From: Eledone cirrhosa
Lineage: Eukaryota
Reading direction: 5' to 3'
DNA: 64,000 bases
Assembly (NCBI GenBank): GCA_964016885.1
Contig: OZ024744.1
Coordinates: 13,950,001 to 14,014,000 of the forward strand
Each line of letters starts with the position of its first letter. Positions within the stretch are counted from its first letter, which is position 1. A program made the position numbers and the translations under genes. Below are positions 1-15,000 of this stretch, piece after piece. The notes beneath the pieces were generated by a model, which worked only from the letters and a program-made list of their open reading frames with translations, was not told where the DNA came from and made no database searches.

Positions 1-3000
1 TGTCTCAGTAGATCAGAGTGTCACTCCAGTTAAACCCACTCTCTAAATTGAGAGATCACAACTCCCATACTATGGACATGTGGTTAGAATGTCTCTGTAG
101 ATCAGAGAGTCACTCCAGTTAAAGCTACTCTCTAAATTGAGAGATAACAACTCCCATAGTATGGACATGTGGTTAGAATGTCTCAGTAGATCATAGAGTC
201 ACTCCAGTTAAAGCCACTCTCTAAATTGAGAGATCACAACTCCTATACTATGGACATGGGGTTAGAATGTCTCAGTAGATCAGAGAGTCACTCCAGTTAA
301 AGCTTCTCTATAAATTGAGAGATTACAACTCCAATACTATGGACATGTGGTTAGAATGTCTCAGTAGATTAGAGAGTCACTCCAGTTAAAGCCACTCTCT
401 AAATTGAGAGATCACAACTCCAATACTATGGACATGTGGTTAGAATGTCTCAGTAGATCAGAGTGACACTCCAGTTAAAGCCACTCTCTAAATTGAGAGA
501 TCATAACTTCCATACTATGGTCATGTGGTTAGAATGTCTCAGTAGATCAGAGTGTCACTCCAGTTAAAGCTAATCTCTAAATTGAGAGATCACAACTCCA
601 ATACTATGGACATGGGGTTTGAATGTCTCAGTAGATCAGAGAGTCACTTCAGTTAAAGCTACTCTCTAAATTGAGAGATCACAACTCCAATACTATGGAC
701 ATGGGGTTTGAAAGTCTCAGTAGATCAGAGTGTCACTCCAGTTAAAGCTACTCTCTAAATTGAGAGATTACAACTCCAATACTATGGACATGTGGTTAGA
801 ATGTCTCAGTAGATTAGAGAGTCACTCCAGTTAAAGCCACTCTCTAAATTGAGAGATCACAACTCCAATACTATGGACATGTGGTTAGAATGTCTTAGTA
901 GATCAGAGTGTCACTCCAGTTAAAGCCACTCTCTAAATTGAGAGATCATAACTTCCATACTATGGACATGTGGTTAGAATGTCTCAGTAGATCAGAGATT
1001 CACTCCAGTTAAAGCCACTCTCTAAATTGAGAGCTCACAACTCCAATACTATGGTCATGTGGTTAGAATGTCTCAGTAGATCAGAGAGTCACTCCAGTTA
1101 AAGCCACTCTCTAAATTGAGAGATCACAACTCCAATACTATGGACATGGGGTTTGAATGTCTCAGTACATCAGAGTGTCACTCCAGTTAAAGCCACTCTC
1201 TAAATTGAGAGATCACAACTCCAATACTATGGTCATGTGGTTAGAATGTCTCAGAAGATCAGAGAGTCACTCCAGTTAAAGCCACTCTCTAAATTGAGAG
1301 ATCACAACTCCCATACTATGGACATGTGGGTATAATGTCTCAGTAGATCAGAGAGTCACTCCAGTTAAAGCCACTAATTCTCTAAATTGAGAGATCACAA
1401 CTCCCATACTATGGACATGTGGTTAGAATGTCTCAGTAGATCAGGGACTCACTCCAGTTAAAGCCACTCTCTAAATTGAGAGATCACAACTCCAATACTA
1501 TGGACATGGGGTTTGAATGTCTCAGTAGATCAGATTGTCACTCCAGTTAAACCCACTCTCTAAATTGAGAGATCACAACTCCCATACTATGGAGATGTGG
1601 TTAGAATGTCTCTGTAGATCAGAGAGTCACTCCAATTAAAGCTACTCTCTAAATTGAGAGATAACAACTCCCATAGTATGGACATGTGGTTAGAATGTCT
1701 CAGTAGATCATAGAGTCACTCCAGTTAAAGCCACTCTCTAAATTGAGAGATCACAACTCCTATACTATGGACATGGGGTTAGAATGTCTCAGTAGATCAG
1801 AGAGTCACTCCAGTTAAAGCTTCTCTCTAAATTGAGAGATTACAACTCCAATACTATGGACATGTGGTTAGAATGTCTCAGTAGATTAGAGAGTCACTCC
1901 AGTTAAAGCCACTCTCTAAATTGAGAGATCACAACTCCAATACTATGGACATGTGGTTAGAATGTCTCAGTAGATCAGAGTGACACTCCAGTTAAAGCCA
2001 CTCTCTAAATTGAGAGATCATAACTTCCATACTATGGTCATGTGGTTAGAATGTCTCAGTAGATCAGAGTGTCACTCCAGTTAAAGCGAATCTCTAAATT
2101 GAGAGATCACAACTCCAATACTATGGACATGGGGTTTGAATGTCTCAGTAGATCAGAGTGTCACTCCAGTTAAAGCTACTCTCTAAATTGAGAGATCACA
2201 ACTCCAATACTATGGACATGGGGTTTGAATGTCTCAGTAGATCAGAGAGTCACTTCAGTTAAAGCTACTCTCTAAATTGAGAGATCACAACTCCAATACT
2301 ATGGACATGGGGTTTGAAAGTCTCAGTAGATCAGAGTGTCACTCCAGTTAAAGCTACTCTCTAAATTGAGAGATTACAACTCCAATACTATGGACATGTG
2401 GTTAGAATGTCTCAGTAGATTAGAGAGTCACTCCAGTTAAAGCCACTCTCTAAATTGAGAGATCACAACTCCAATACTATGGACATGTGGTTAGAATGTC
2501 TCAGTAGATCAGAGTGTCACTCCAGTTAAAGCCACTCTCTAAATTGAGAGATCATAACTTCCATACTATGGACATGTGGTTAGAATGTCTCAGTAGATCA
2601 GAGAATCACTCCAGTTAAAACTACTCTTTAAATTGAGAGATCACAACTCCTATACTATGGACATGGGTTAGAATGTCTCAGTAGATCAGAGAGTCACTCC
2701 AGTTAAAGCTACTCTCTAAATTGAGAGATCACAACTCCCATACTATGGACATGTGGTTAGAATGTCTCAGTAGATCAGAGAGTCATTCCAGTTAAAGCCA
2801 CTCTCTTAATTGAGAGATCACAACTCCCATACTATGGACGTGTGGTTAGAATGTCTCAGTAGATCAGAGAGTCACTCCAGTTAAAGCCACTCTCTAAATT
2901 CAGAGATCACAACTCCCATACTCTGGACGTGTGGTTAGAATGTCTCAGTACATCAGAGAATCACTCCAGTTAAAACTACTCTCTAAAGTGAGAGATCACA

Positions 3001-6000
3001 ACTCCCATACTATGGACATGTGGTTAGAATGTCTCAGTAGATCAGAGAGTCACTCCAGTTAAAGCTACTCTCTAAATTGAGAGATCACAACTCCCATACT
3101 ATGGACATGTGGTTAGAATGTCTCAGTAGATCAGAGAGTCACTCCAGTTAAAGCTACTCTCTAAATTGAGAGATCACAACTCCTATACTATGGACATGGG
3201 GTTAGAATGTCTCAGTAGATCAGAGTGTCACTCCAGTTAAAGCCACTCTCTAAATTGAGAGATCACAACTCTCATACTATGGACATGTGGTTAGAATGTC
3301 TCAGTAGATCAGAGAGTCACTCCAGTTAAAGCTACTCTCTAAATTGAGAGATCACAACTCCAATACTATGGACATGTGGTTAGAATGTCTCAGTAGATCA
3401 GAGAGTCATTCCAGTTAAAGCCACTCTCTAAATTGAGAGATCACAACTCCCGTACTATGGACGTGTGGTTAGAATGTCTCAGTAGATCAGAGAGTCACTC
3501 TTGTTAAAGCTACTCTCTAAATTGAGAGATCACAACTCCTATACTATGGACATGGGGTTAGAATGTCTCAGTAGATCAGAGTGTCACTCCAGTTAAAGCC
3601 ACTCTCTAAATTGAGAGATCACAACTCCCAAACTATGGACATGTCTTTAGAATGTCTCAGTAGATCAGAGAGTTACTCCAGTTAAAGCTACTCTCTAAAT
3701 TGAGAGATCACAACTCCAATACTATGGACATGGGGTTTGAATGTCTCAGTAGATCAGAGAGTCGCTCCAGTTAAAGCCACTCTCTAAATTGAGAGATCAC
3801 AACTCCAATACTATGGACATGTGGTTAGAATGTCTCAGTAGATCAGAGTGTCACTCCAGTTAAAGCTACTCTCTATATTGAGAGATCACAACTCCCATAC
3901 TATGGACATGTGGTTAGAATGTCTCAGTAGATTAGAGTGTCATTCCAGTTAAAGCTACTCTCTAAATTGAGAGATCACAACTCCAATAATATGGACATGG
4001 GGTTTGATTGTCTCTGTAGATCAGAGTGTCACTCCAGTTAAAGCTACTCTCTAAATTGAGAGGTCACAACTCCAATACTATGGACATGGGATTTGAAAGT
4101 CTCAGTAGATCAGAGTGTCACCCCAGTTAAAGCTACTCTCTAAATTGAGAGATTACAACTCCAATACTATGGACATGTGGTTAGAATGTCTCAGTAGATT
4201 AGAGAGTCACTCCAGTTAAAGCCACTCTCTAAATTGAGAGATCACAACTCCAATACTATGGACATGTGGTTAGAATGTCTCAGTAGATCAGAGTTTCACT
4301 CCAGTTAAAGCTACTCTCTAAATTGAGAGATCACAACTCCAATACTATGGACATGGTGTTTGAATGTCTCAGTAGATCAATGAGTCGCTCAAGTTAAAGC
4401 CACTCTCTAAATTGAGAGATCACAACTCCAATACTATGGACATGTGGTTAGAATGTCTCAGTAGATCAGAGTGTCACTCCAGTTAAAGCTACTCTCTATA
4501 TTGAGAGATCACAACTCCCATACTATGGACATGTGGTTAGAATGTCTCAGTAGATTAGAGTGTCATTCCAGTTAAAGCTACTCTCTAAATTGAGAGATCA
4601 CAACTCCCATACTATTGACATGTGGGTAGAATGTCTCAGTAGATCAGAGAGTCACTCCAGTTAAAGCCACTAATTCTCTAAATTGAGAGATCACAACTCC
4701 CATACTATGGACATATGGTTAGTATGTCTCAGTAGATCAGAGAGTCACTCCAGTTAAAGCCACTCTGTAAATTGACAGATCACAACTTCTATACTATGGA
4801 CATGTGGTTAGAATGTATCAGTAGATCAAAGAGTTACTCCAGTTAAAGCTACTCTCTAAATTCAGAGATCACAACTCCAATACTATGGACATGGGGTTTG
4901 ATTGTCTCAGTAGATCAGAGTGTCACTCCAGTTAAAGCTACTCTCTAAATTGAGAGGTCACAACTCCAATACTATGGACATGGGATTTGAAAGTCTCAGT
5001 AGATCAGAGTGTCACCCCAGTTAAAGCTACTCTCTAAATTGAGAGATTACAACTCCAATTCTATGGACATGTGGTTAGAATGTCTCAGTAGATTAGAGAG
5101 TCACTCCAGTTAAAGCCACTCTCTAAATTGAGAGATCACAACTCCAATACTATGGACATGTGGTTAGAATGTCTCAGTAGATCAGAGTTTCACTCCAGTT
5201 AAAGCTAATCTCTAAATTGAGAGATCACAACTCCAATACTATGGACATGGGGTTTGAATGTCTCAGTAGATCAGAGTGTCACTCCAGTTAAAGCTACTCT
5301 CTAAATTTAGAGATCACAACTCGAATACTATGGACATGGGGTTTGAATGTCTCAGTAGATCAGAGTGTCACTTCAGTTAAAGCTACTCTCTAAATTGAGA
5401 GATCACAACTCCAATACTATGGACATGGTGTTTGAAAGTCTCAGTAGATCAGAGTGTCACTCCAGTTAAAGCTACTCTCTAAATTGAGAGATTACAACTC
5501 CAATACTATGGACATGTGGTTAGAATGTCTCAGTAGATTAGAGAGTCACTCCAGTTAAAGCCACTCTCTAAATTGAGAGATCACAACTCCAATACTATGG
5601 ACATGTGGTTAGAATGTCTCAGTAGATCAGAGTGTCACTCCAGTTAAAGCCACTCTCTAAATTGAGAGATCATAACTTCCATACTATGGACATGTGGTTA
5701 GAATGTCTCAGTAGATCAGAGAGTCACTCCAGTTAAAGCCACTCTCTAAATTGAGAGATCACAACTCCAATACTATGGACATGGGGTCTGAAAGTCTCAG
5801 TACATCAGAGTGTCACTCCAGTTAAAGTTACTCTCTAAATTGAGAGATCACAACTCCAATACTATGGACATGGGGTTTGAATGTCTCAGTAGATCAGAGA
5901 ATCACTCCAGTTAAAGCTACTCTCTAAATTGAGAGATCACAACCCCAATACTATGGACATGGGGTTTGAAAGTCTCAGTAGATCAGAGTGTCACTCCAGT

Positions 6001-9000
6001 TAAAGCTATTCTCTAAATTGAGAGATTACAACTCCAATACTATGGACATGGGGTTTGAATGTCTCAGTAGATCAGAGAGTCACTCCAGTTAAAGCTACTC
6101 TCTAAATTGAGAGATCACAACTCCAATACTATGGACATGGGGTTTGAAAGTCTCAGTAGATCAGAGTGTCACTCCAGTTAAAGCTACTCTCTAAATTGAG
6201 AGATTACAACTCCAATACTATGGACATGGGGTTTGAAAGTCTCAGTAGATCAGAGTGTCACTCCAGTTAAAGCTACTCTCTAAATTGAGAGATTACAACT
6301 CCAATACTATGGACATGTGGTTAGAATGTCTCAGTAGATTAGAGAGTCACTCCAGTTAAAGCCACTCTCTAAATTGAGAGATCACAACTCCAATACTATG
6401 GACATGTGATTAGAATGTCTCAGTAGATTATAGAGTCACTCCAGTTAAAGCCACTCTCTAAATTGAGAGATCACAACTCCAATACTATGGACATGTGGTT
6501 AGAAAGTCTCAGTAGATCAGAGTGTCACTCCAGTTAAAGCTAATCTCTAAATTGAGAGATCACAACTCCAATACTATGGACATGGGGTTTGAATGTCTCA
6601 GTAGATCAGAGTGTCACTCCAGTTAAAGCTACTCTCTAAATTGAGAGATCACAACTCCAATACTATGGACATGGGGTTTGAATGTCTCAGTAGATCAGCG
6701 AGTCACTTCAGTTAAAGCTACTCTCTAAATTGAGAGATCACAACTCCAATACTATGGACATGGGGTTTGAAAGTTTCAGTAGATCAGAGTGTCACTCCAG
6801 TTAAAGCTACTCTCTAAATTGAGAGATTACAACTCCAATACTATGGACATGTGGTTAGAATGTCTTAGTAGATCAGAGTGTCACTCCAGTTAAAGCCACT
6901 CTCTAAATTGAGAGATCATAACTTCCATACTATGGACATGTGGTTAGAATGTCTCAGTAGATCAGAGATTCACTCCAGTTAAAGCCACTCTCTAAATTGA
7001 GAGCTCACAACTCCAATACTATGGTCATGTGGTTAGAATGTCTCAGTAGATCAGAGAGTCACTCCAGTTAAAGCCACTCTCTAAATTGAGAGATCACAAC
7101 TCCAATACTATGGACATGGGGTTTGAATGTCTCAGTACATCAGAGTGTCACTCCAGTTAAAGCCACTCTCTAAATTGAGAGATCACAACTCCAATACTAT
7201 GGTCATGTGGTTAGAATGTCTCAGAAGATCAGAGAGTCACTCCAGTTAAAGCCACTCTCTAAATTGAGAGATCACAACTCCCATACTATGGACATGTGGG
7301 TATAATGTCTCAGTAGATCAGAGAGTCACTCCAGTTAAAGCCACTAATTCTCTAAATTGAGAGATCACAACTCCCATACTATGGACATGTGGTTAGAATG
7401 TCTCAGTAGATCAGAGACTCACTCCAGTTAAAGCCACTCTCTAAATTGAGAGATCACAACTCCAATACTATGGACATGGGGTTTGAATGTCTCAGTAGAT
7501 CAGAGTGTCACTCCAGTTAAACCCACTCTCTAAATTGAGAGATCACAACTCCCATACTATGGACATGTGGTTAGAATGTCTCTGTAGATCAGAGAGTCAC
7601 TCCAGTTAAAGCTACTCTCTAAATTGAGAGATAACAACTCCCATAGTATGGACATGTGGTTAGAATGTCTCAGTAGATCATAGAGTCACTCCAGTTAAAG
7701 CCACTCTCTAAATTGAGAGATCACAACTCCTATACTATGGACATGGGGTTAGAATGTCTCAGTAGATCAGAGAGTCACTCCAGTTAAAGCTTCTCTCTAA
7801 ATTGAGAGATCACAACTCCCATACTATGGACATGTGGTTAGAACGTCTCAGTAGATCAGAGAGTCACTTCAGTTAAAGCCACTCTCTAAATTGAGAGATC
7901 ACAACTCCCATACTATGGACATGTGGTTAGAATGTCTCAGTAGATCAGAGTGTCACTCCAGTTAAAGCTACTCTCTATATTGAGAGATCACAACTCCCAT
8001 ACTATGGACATGTGGTTAGAATGTCTCAGTAGATTAGAGTGTCATTCCAGTTAAAGCTACTCTCTAAATTGAGAGATCACAACTCCCATACTATTGACAT
8101 GTGGGTAGAACGTCTCAGTAGATCAGAGAGTCACTCCAGTTAAAGCCACTAATTCTCTAAATTGAGAGATCACAACTCCCATACTATGGACATATGGTTA
8201 GCATGTCTCAGTAGATCAGAGAGTCACTCCAGTTAAAGCCACTCTGTAAATTGACAGATCACAACTTCTATACTATGGACATGTGGTTAGAATGTCTCAG
8301 TAGATCAGAGAGTTACTCCAGTTAAAGCTACACTCTAAATTGAGAGATCACAACTCCAATACTATGGACATGTGGTTAGAATGTCTCAGTAGATTAGAGA
8401 GTCACTCCAGTTAAAGCCACTCTCTAAATTGAGAGATCACAACTCCAATACTATGGACATGTGATTAGAATGTCTCAGTAGATTATAGAGTCACTCCAGT
8501 TAAAGCCACTCTCTAAATTGAGAGATAACAACTCCAATACTATGGACATGTGGTTAGAAAGTCTCAGTAGATCAGAGTGTCACTCCAGTTAAAGCTAATC
8601 TCTAAATTGAGAGATCACAACTCCAATACTATGGACATGGGGTTTGAATGTCTCAGTAGATCAGAGTGTCACTCCAGTTAAAGCTACTCTCTAAATTGAG
8701 AGATTACAACTCCAATACTATGGACATGTGGTTAGAATGTCTCAGTAGATTAGAGAGTCACTCCAGTTAAAGCCACTCTCTAAATTGAGAGATTACAACT
8801 CCAATACTATGGACATGTGGTTAGAATGTCTCAGTAGATTAGAGAGTCACTCCAGTTAAAGCCACTCTCTAAATTGAGAGATCACAACTCCAATACTATG
8901 GACATGTGGTTAGAATGTCTTAGTAGATCAGAGTGTCACTCCAGTTAAAGCCACTCTCTAAATTGAGAGATCATAGCTTCCATACTATGGACATGTGGTT

Positions 9001-12000
9001 AGAATGTCTCAGTAGATCAGAGATTCACTCCAGTTAAAGCCACTCTCTAAATTGAGAGCTCACAACTCCAATACTATGGTCATGTGGTTAGAATGTCTCA
9101 GTAGATCAGAGAGTCACTCCAGTTAAAGCCACTCTCTAAATTGAGAGATCACAACTCCAATACTATGGACATGGGGTTTGAATGTCTCAGTACATCAGAG
9201 TGTCACTCCAGTTAAAGCCACTCTCTAAATTGAGAGATCACAACTCCAATACTATGGTCATGTGGTTAGAATGTCTCAGAAGATCAGAGAGTCACTCCAG
9301 TTAAAGCCACTCTCTAAATTGAGAGATCACAACTCCCATACTATGGACATGTGGGTATAATGTCTCAGTAGATCAGAGAGTCACTCCAGTTAAAGCCACT
9401 AATTCTCTAAATTGAGAGATCACAACTCCCATACTATGGACATGTGGTTAGAATGTCTCAGTAGATCAGGGACTCACTCCAGTTAAAGCCACTCTCTAAA
9501 TTGAGAGATCACAACTCCAATACTATGGACATGGGGTTTGAATGTCTCAGTAGATCAGAGTGTCACTCCAGTTAAACCCACTCTCTAAATTGAGAGATCA
9601 CAACTCCCATACTATGGAGATGTGGTTAGAATGTCTCTGTAGATCAGAGAGTCACTCCAATTAAAGCTACTCTCTAAATTGAGAGATAACAACTCCCATA
9701 GTATGGACATGTGGTTAGAATGTCTCAGTAGATCATAGAGTCACTCCAGTTAAAGCCACTCTCTAAATTGAGAGATCACAACTCCTATACTATGGACATG
9801 GGGTTAGAATGTCTCAGTAGATCAGAGAGTCACTCCAGTTAAAGCTTCTCTCTAAATTGAGAGATTACAACTCCAATACTATGGACATGTGGTTAGAATG
9901 TCTCAGTAGATTAGAGAGTCACTCCAGTTAAAGCCACTCTCTAAATTGAGAGATCACAACTCCAATACTATGGACATGTGGTTAGAATGTCTCAGTAGAT
10001 CAGAGTGACACTCCAGTTAAAGCCACTCTCTAAATTGAGAGATCATAACTTCCATACTATGGTCATGTGGTTAGAATGTCTCAGTAGATCAGAGTGTCAC
10101 TCCAGTTAAAGCGAATCTCTAAATTGAGAGATCACAACTCCAATACTATGGACATGGGGTTTGAATGTCTCAGTAGATCAGAGTGTCACTCCAGTTAAAG
10201 CTACTCTCTAAATTGAGAGATCACAACTCCAATACTATGGACATGGGGTTTGAATGTCTCAGTAGATCAGAGAGTCACTTCAGTTAAAGCTACTCTCTAA
10301 ATTGAGAGATCACAACTCCAATACTATGGACATGGTGTTTGAAAGTCTCAGTAGATCAGAGTGTCACTCCAGTTAAAGCTACTCTCTAAATTGAGAGATT
10401 ACAACTCCAATACTATGGACATGTGGTTAGAATGTCTCAGTAGATTAGAGAGTCACTCCAGTTAAAGCCACTCTCTAAATTGAGAGATCACAACTCCAAT
10501 ACTATGGACATGTGGTTAGAATGTCTCAGTAGATCAGAGTGTCACTCCAGTTAAAGCCACTCTCTAAATTGAGAGATCATAACTTCCATACTATGGACAT
10601 GTGGTTAGAATGTCTCAGTAGATCAGAGAATCACTCCAGTTAAAACTACTCTTTAAATTGAGAGATCACAACTCCTATACTATGGACATGGGTTAGAATG
10701 TCTCAGTAGATCAGAGTGTCACTCCAGTTAAAGCCACTCTCTAAATTGAGAGATCACAACTCCAATACTATGGACATGGGGTTTGAATGTCTCAGTAGAT
10801 CAGAGAGTCACTCCAGTTAAAGCTACTCTCTAAATTGAGAGATCACAACTCCCATACTATGGACATGTGGTTAGAATGTCTCAGTAGATCAGAGAGTCAT
10901 TCCAGTTAAAGCCACTCTCTTAATTGAGAGATCACAACTCCCATACTATGGACGTGTGGTTAGAATGTCTCAGTAGATCAGAGAGTCACTCCAGTTAAAG
11001 CCACTCTCTAAATTCAGAGATCACAACTCCCATACTCTGGACGTGTGGTTAGAATGTCTCAGTACATCAGAGAATCACTCCAGTTAAAACTACTCTCTAA
11101 AGTGAGAGATCACAACTCCCATACTATGGACATGTGGTTAGAATGTCTCAGTAGATCAGAGAGTCACTCCAGTTAAAGCTACTCTCTAAATTGAGAGATC
11201 ACAACTCCCATACTATGGACATGTGGTTAGAATGTCTCAGTAGATCAGAGAGTCACTCCAGTTAAAGCTACTCTCTAAATTGAGAGATCACAACTCCTAT
11301 ACTATGGACATGGGGTTAGAATGTCTCAGTAGATCAGAGTGTCACTCCAGTTAAAGCCACTCTCTAAATTGAGAGATCACAACTCTCATACTATGGACAT
11401 GTGGTTAGAATGTCTCAGTAGATCAGAGAGTCACTCCAGTTAAAGCTACTCTCTAAATTGAGAGATCACAACTCCAATACTATGGACATGTGGTTAGAAT
11501 GTCTCAGTAGATCAGAGAGTCATTCCAGTTAAAGCCACTCTCTAAATTGAGAGATCACAACTCCCGTACTATGGACGTGTGGTTAGAATGTCTCAGTAGA
11601 TCAGAGAGTCACTCTTGTTAAAGCTACTCTCTAAATTGAGAGATCACAACTCCTATACTATGGACATGGGGTTAGAATGTCTCAGTAGATCAGAGTGTCA
11701 CTCCAGTTAAAGCCACTCTCTAAATTGAGAGATCACAACTCCCAAACTATGGACATGTCTTTAGAATGTCTCAGTAGATCAGAGAGTTACTCCAGTTAAA
11801 GCTACTCTCTAAATTGAGAGATCACAACTCCAATACTATGGACATGGGGTTTGAATGTCTCAGTAGATCAGAGAGTCGCTCCAGTTAAAGCCACTCTCTA
11901 AATTGAGAGATCACAACTCCAATACTATGGACATGTGGTTAGAATGTCTCAGTAGATCAGAGTGTCACTCCAGTTAAAGCTACTCTCTATATTGAGAGAT

Positions 12001-15000
12001 CACAACTCCCATACTATGGACATGTGGTTAGAATGTCTCAGTAGATTAGAGTGTCATTCCAGTTAAAGCTACTCTCTAAATTGAGAGATCACAACTCCAA
12101 TAATATGGACATGGGGTTTGATTGTCTCTGTAGATCAGAGTGTCACTCCAGTTAAAGCTACTCTCTAAATTGAGAGGTCACAACTCCAATACTATGGACA
12201 TGGGATTTGAAAGTCTCAGTAGATCAGAGTGTCACCCCAGTTAAAGCTACTCTCTAAATTGAGAGATTACAACTCCAATACTATGGACATGTGGTTAGAA
12301 TGTCTCAGTAGATTAGAGAGTCACTCCAGTTAAAGCCACTCTCTAAATTGAGAGATCACAACTCCAATACTATGGACATGTGGTTAGAATGTCTCAGTAG
12401 ATCAGAGTTTCACTCCAGTTAAAGCTACTCTCTAAATTGAGAGATCACAACTCCAATACTATGGACATGGTGTTTGAATGTCTCAGTAGATCAATGAGTC
12501 GCTCAAGTTAAAGCCACTCTCTAAATTGAGAGATCACAACTCCAATACTATGGACATGTGGTTAGAATGTCTCAGTAGATCAGAGTGTCACTCCAGTTAA
12601 AGCTACTCTCTATATTGAGAGATCACAACTCCCATACTATGGACATGTGGTTAGAATGTCTCAGTAGATTAGAGTGTCATTCCAGTTAAAGCTACTCTCT
12701 AAATTGAGAGATCACAACTCCCATACTATTGACATGTGGGTAGAATGTCTCAGTAGATCAGAGAGTCACTCCAGTTAAAGCCACTAATTCTCTAAATTGA
12801 GAGATCACAACTCCCATACTATGGACATATGGTTAGTATGTCTCAGTAGATCAGAGAGTCACTCCAGTTAAAGCCACTCTGTAAATTGACAGATCACAAC
12901 TTCTATACTATGGACATGTGGTTAGAATGTATCAGTAGATCAAAGAGTTACTCCAGTTAAAGCTACTCTCTAAATTCAGAGATCACAACTCCAATACTAT
13001 GGACATGGGGTTTGATTGTCTCAGTAGATCAGAGTGTCACTCCAGTTAAAGCTACTCTCTAAATTGAGAGGTCACAACTCCAATACTATGGACATGGGAT
13101 TTGAAAGTCTCAGTAGATCAGAGTGTCACCCCAGTTAAAGCTACTCTCTAAATTGAGAGATTACAACTCCAATTCTATGGACATGTGGTTAGAATGTCTC
13201 AGTAGATTAGAGAGTCACTCCAGTTAAAGCCACTCTCTAAATTGAGAGATCACAACTCCAATACTATGGACATGTGGTTAGAATGTCTCAGTAGATCAGA
13301 GTTTCACTCCAGTTAAAGCTAATCTCTAAATTGAGAGATCACAACTCCAATACTATGGACATGGGGTTTGAATGTCTCAGTAGATCAGAGTGTCACTCCA
13401 GTTAAAGCTACTCTCTAAATTGAGAGATCACAACTCGAATACTATGGACATGGGGTTTGAATGTCTCAGTAGATCAGAGTGTCACTTCAGTTAAAGCTAC
13501 TCTCTAAATTGAGAGATCACAACTCCAATACTATGGACATGGTGTTTGAAAGTCTCAGTAGATCAGAGTGTCACTCCAGTTAAAGCTACTCTCTAAATTG
13601 AGAGATTACAACTCCAATACTATGGACATGTGGTTAGAATGTCTCAGTAGATTAGAGAGTCACTCCAGTTAAAGCCACTCTCTAAATTGAGAGATCACAA
13701 CTCCAATACTATGGACATGTGGTTAGAATGTCTCAGTAGATCAGAGTGTCACTCCAGTTAAAGCCACTCTCTAAATTGAGAGATCATAACTTCCATACTA
13801 TGGACATGTGGTTAGAATGTCTCAGTAGATCAGAGAGTCACTCCAGTTAAAGCCACTCTCTAAATTGAGAGATCACAACTCCAATACTATGGACATGGGG
13901 TCTGAAAGTCTCAGTACATCAGAGTGTCACTCCAGTTAAAGTTACTCTCTAAATTGAGAGATCACAACTCCAATACTATGGACATGGGGTTTGAATGTCT
14001 CAGTAGATCAGAGAATCACTCCAGTTAAAGCTACTCTCTAAATTGAGAGATCACAACCCCAATACTATGGACATGGGGTTTGAAAGTCTCAGTAGATCAG
14101 AGTGTCACTCCAGTTAAAGCTATTCTCTAAATTGAGAGATTACAACTCCAATACTATGGACATGGGGTTTGAATGTCTCAGTAGATCAGAGAGTCACTCC
14201 AGTTAAAGCTACTCTCTAAATTGAGAGATCACAACTCCAATACTATGGACATGGGGTTTGAAAGTCTCAGTAGATCAGAGTGTCACTCCAGTTAAAGCTA
14301 CTCTCTAAATTGAGAGATTACAACTCCAATACTATGGACATGGGGTTTGAAAGTCTCAGTAGATCAGAGTGTCACTCCAGTTAAAGCTACTCTCTAAATT
14401 GAGAGATTACAACTCCAATACTATGGACATGTGGTTAGAATGTCTCAGTAGATTAGAGAGTCACTCCAGTTAAAGCCACTCTCTAAATTGAGAGATCACA
14501 ACTCCAATACTATGGACATGTGATTAGAATGTCTCAGTAGATTATAGAGTCACTCCAGTTAAAGCCACTCTCTAAATTGAGAGATCACAACTCCAATACT
14601 ATGGACATGTGGTTAGAAAGTCTCAGTAGATCAGAGTGTCACTCCAGTTAAAGCTAATCTCTAAATTGAGAGATCACAACTCCAATACTATGGACATGGG
14701 GTTTGAATGTCTCAGTAGATCAGAGTGTCACTCCAGTTAAAGCTACTCTCTAAATTGAGAGATCACAACTCCAATACTATGGACATGGGGTTTGAATGTC
14801 TCAGTAGATCAGCGAGTCACTTCAGTTAAAGCTACTCTCTAAATTGAGAGATCACAACTCCAATACTATGGACATGGGGTTTGAAAGTTTCAGTAGATCA
14901 GAGTGTCACTCCAGTTAAAGCTACTCTCTAAATTGAGAGATTACAACTCCAATACTATGGACATGTGGTTAGAATGTCTTAGTAGATCAGAGTGTCACTC

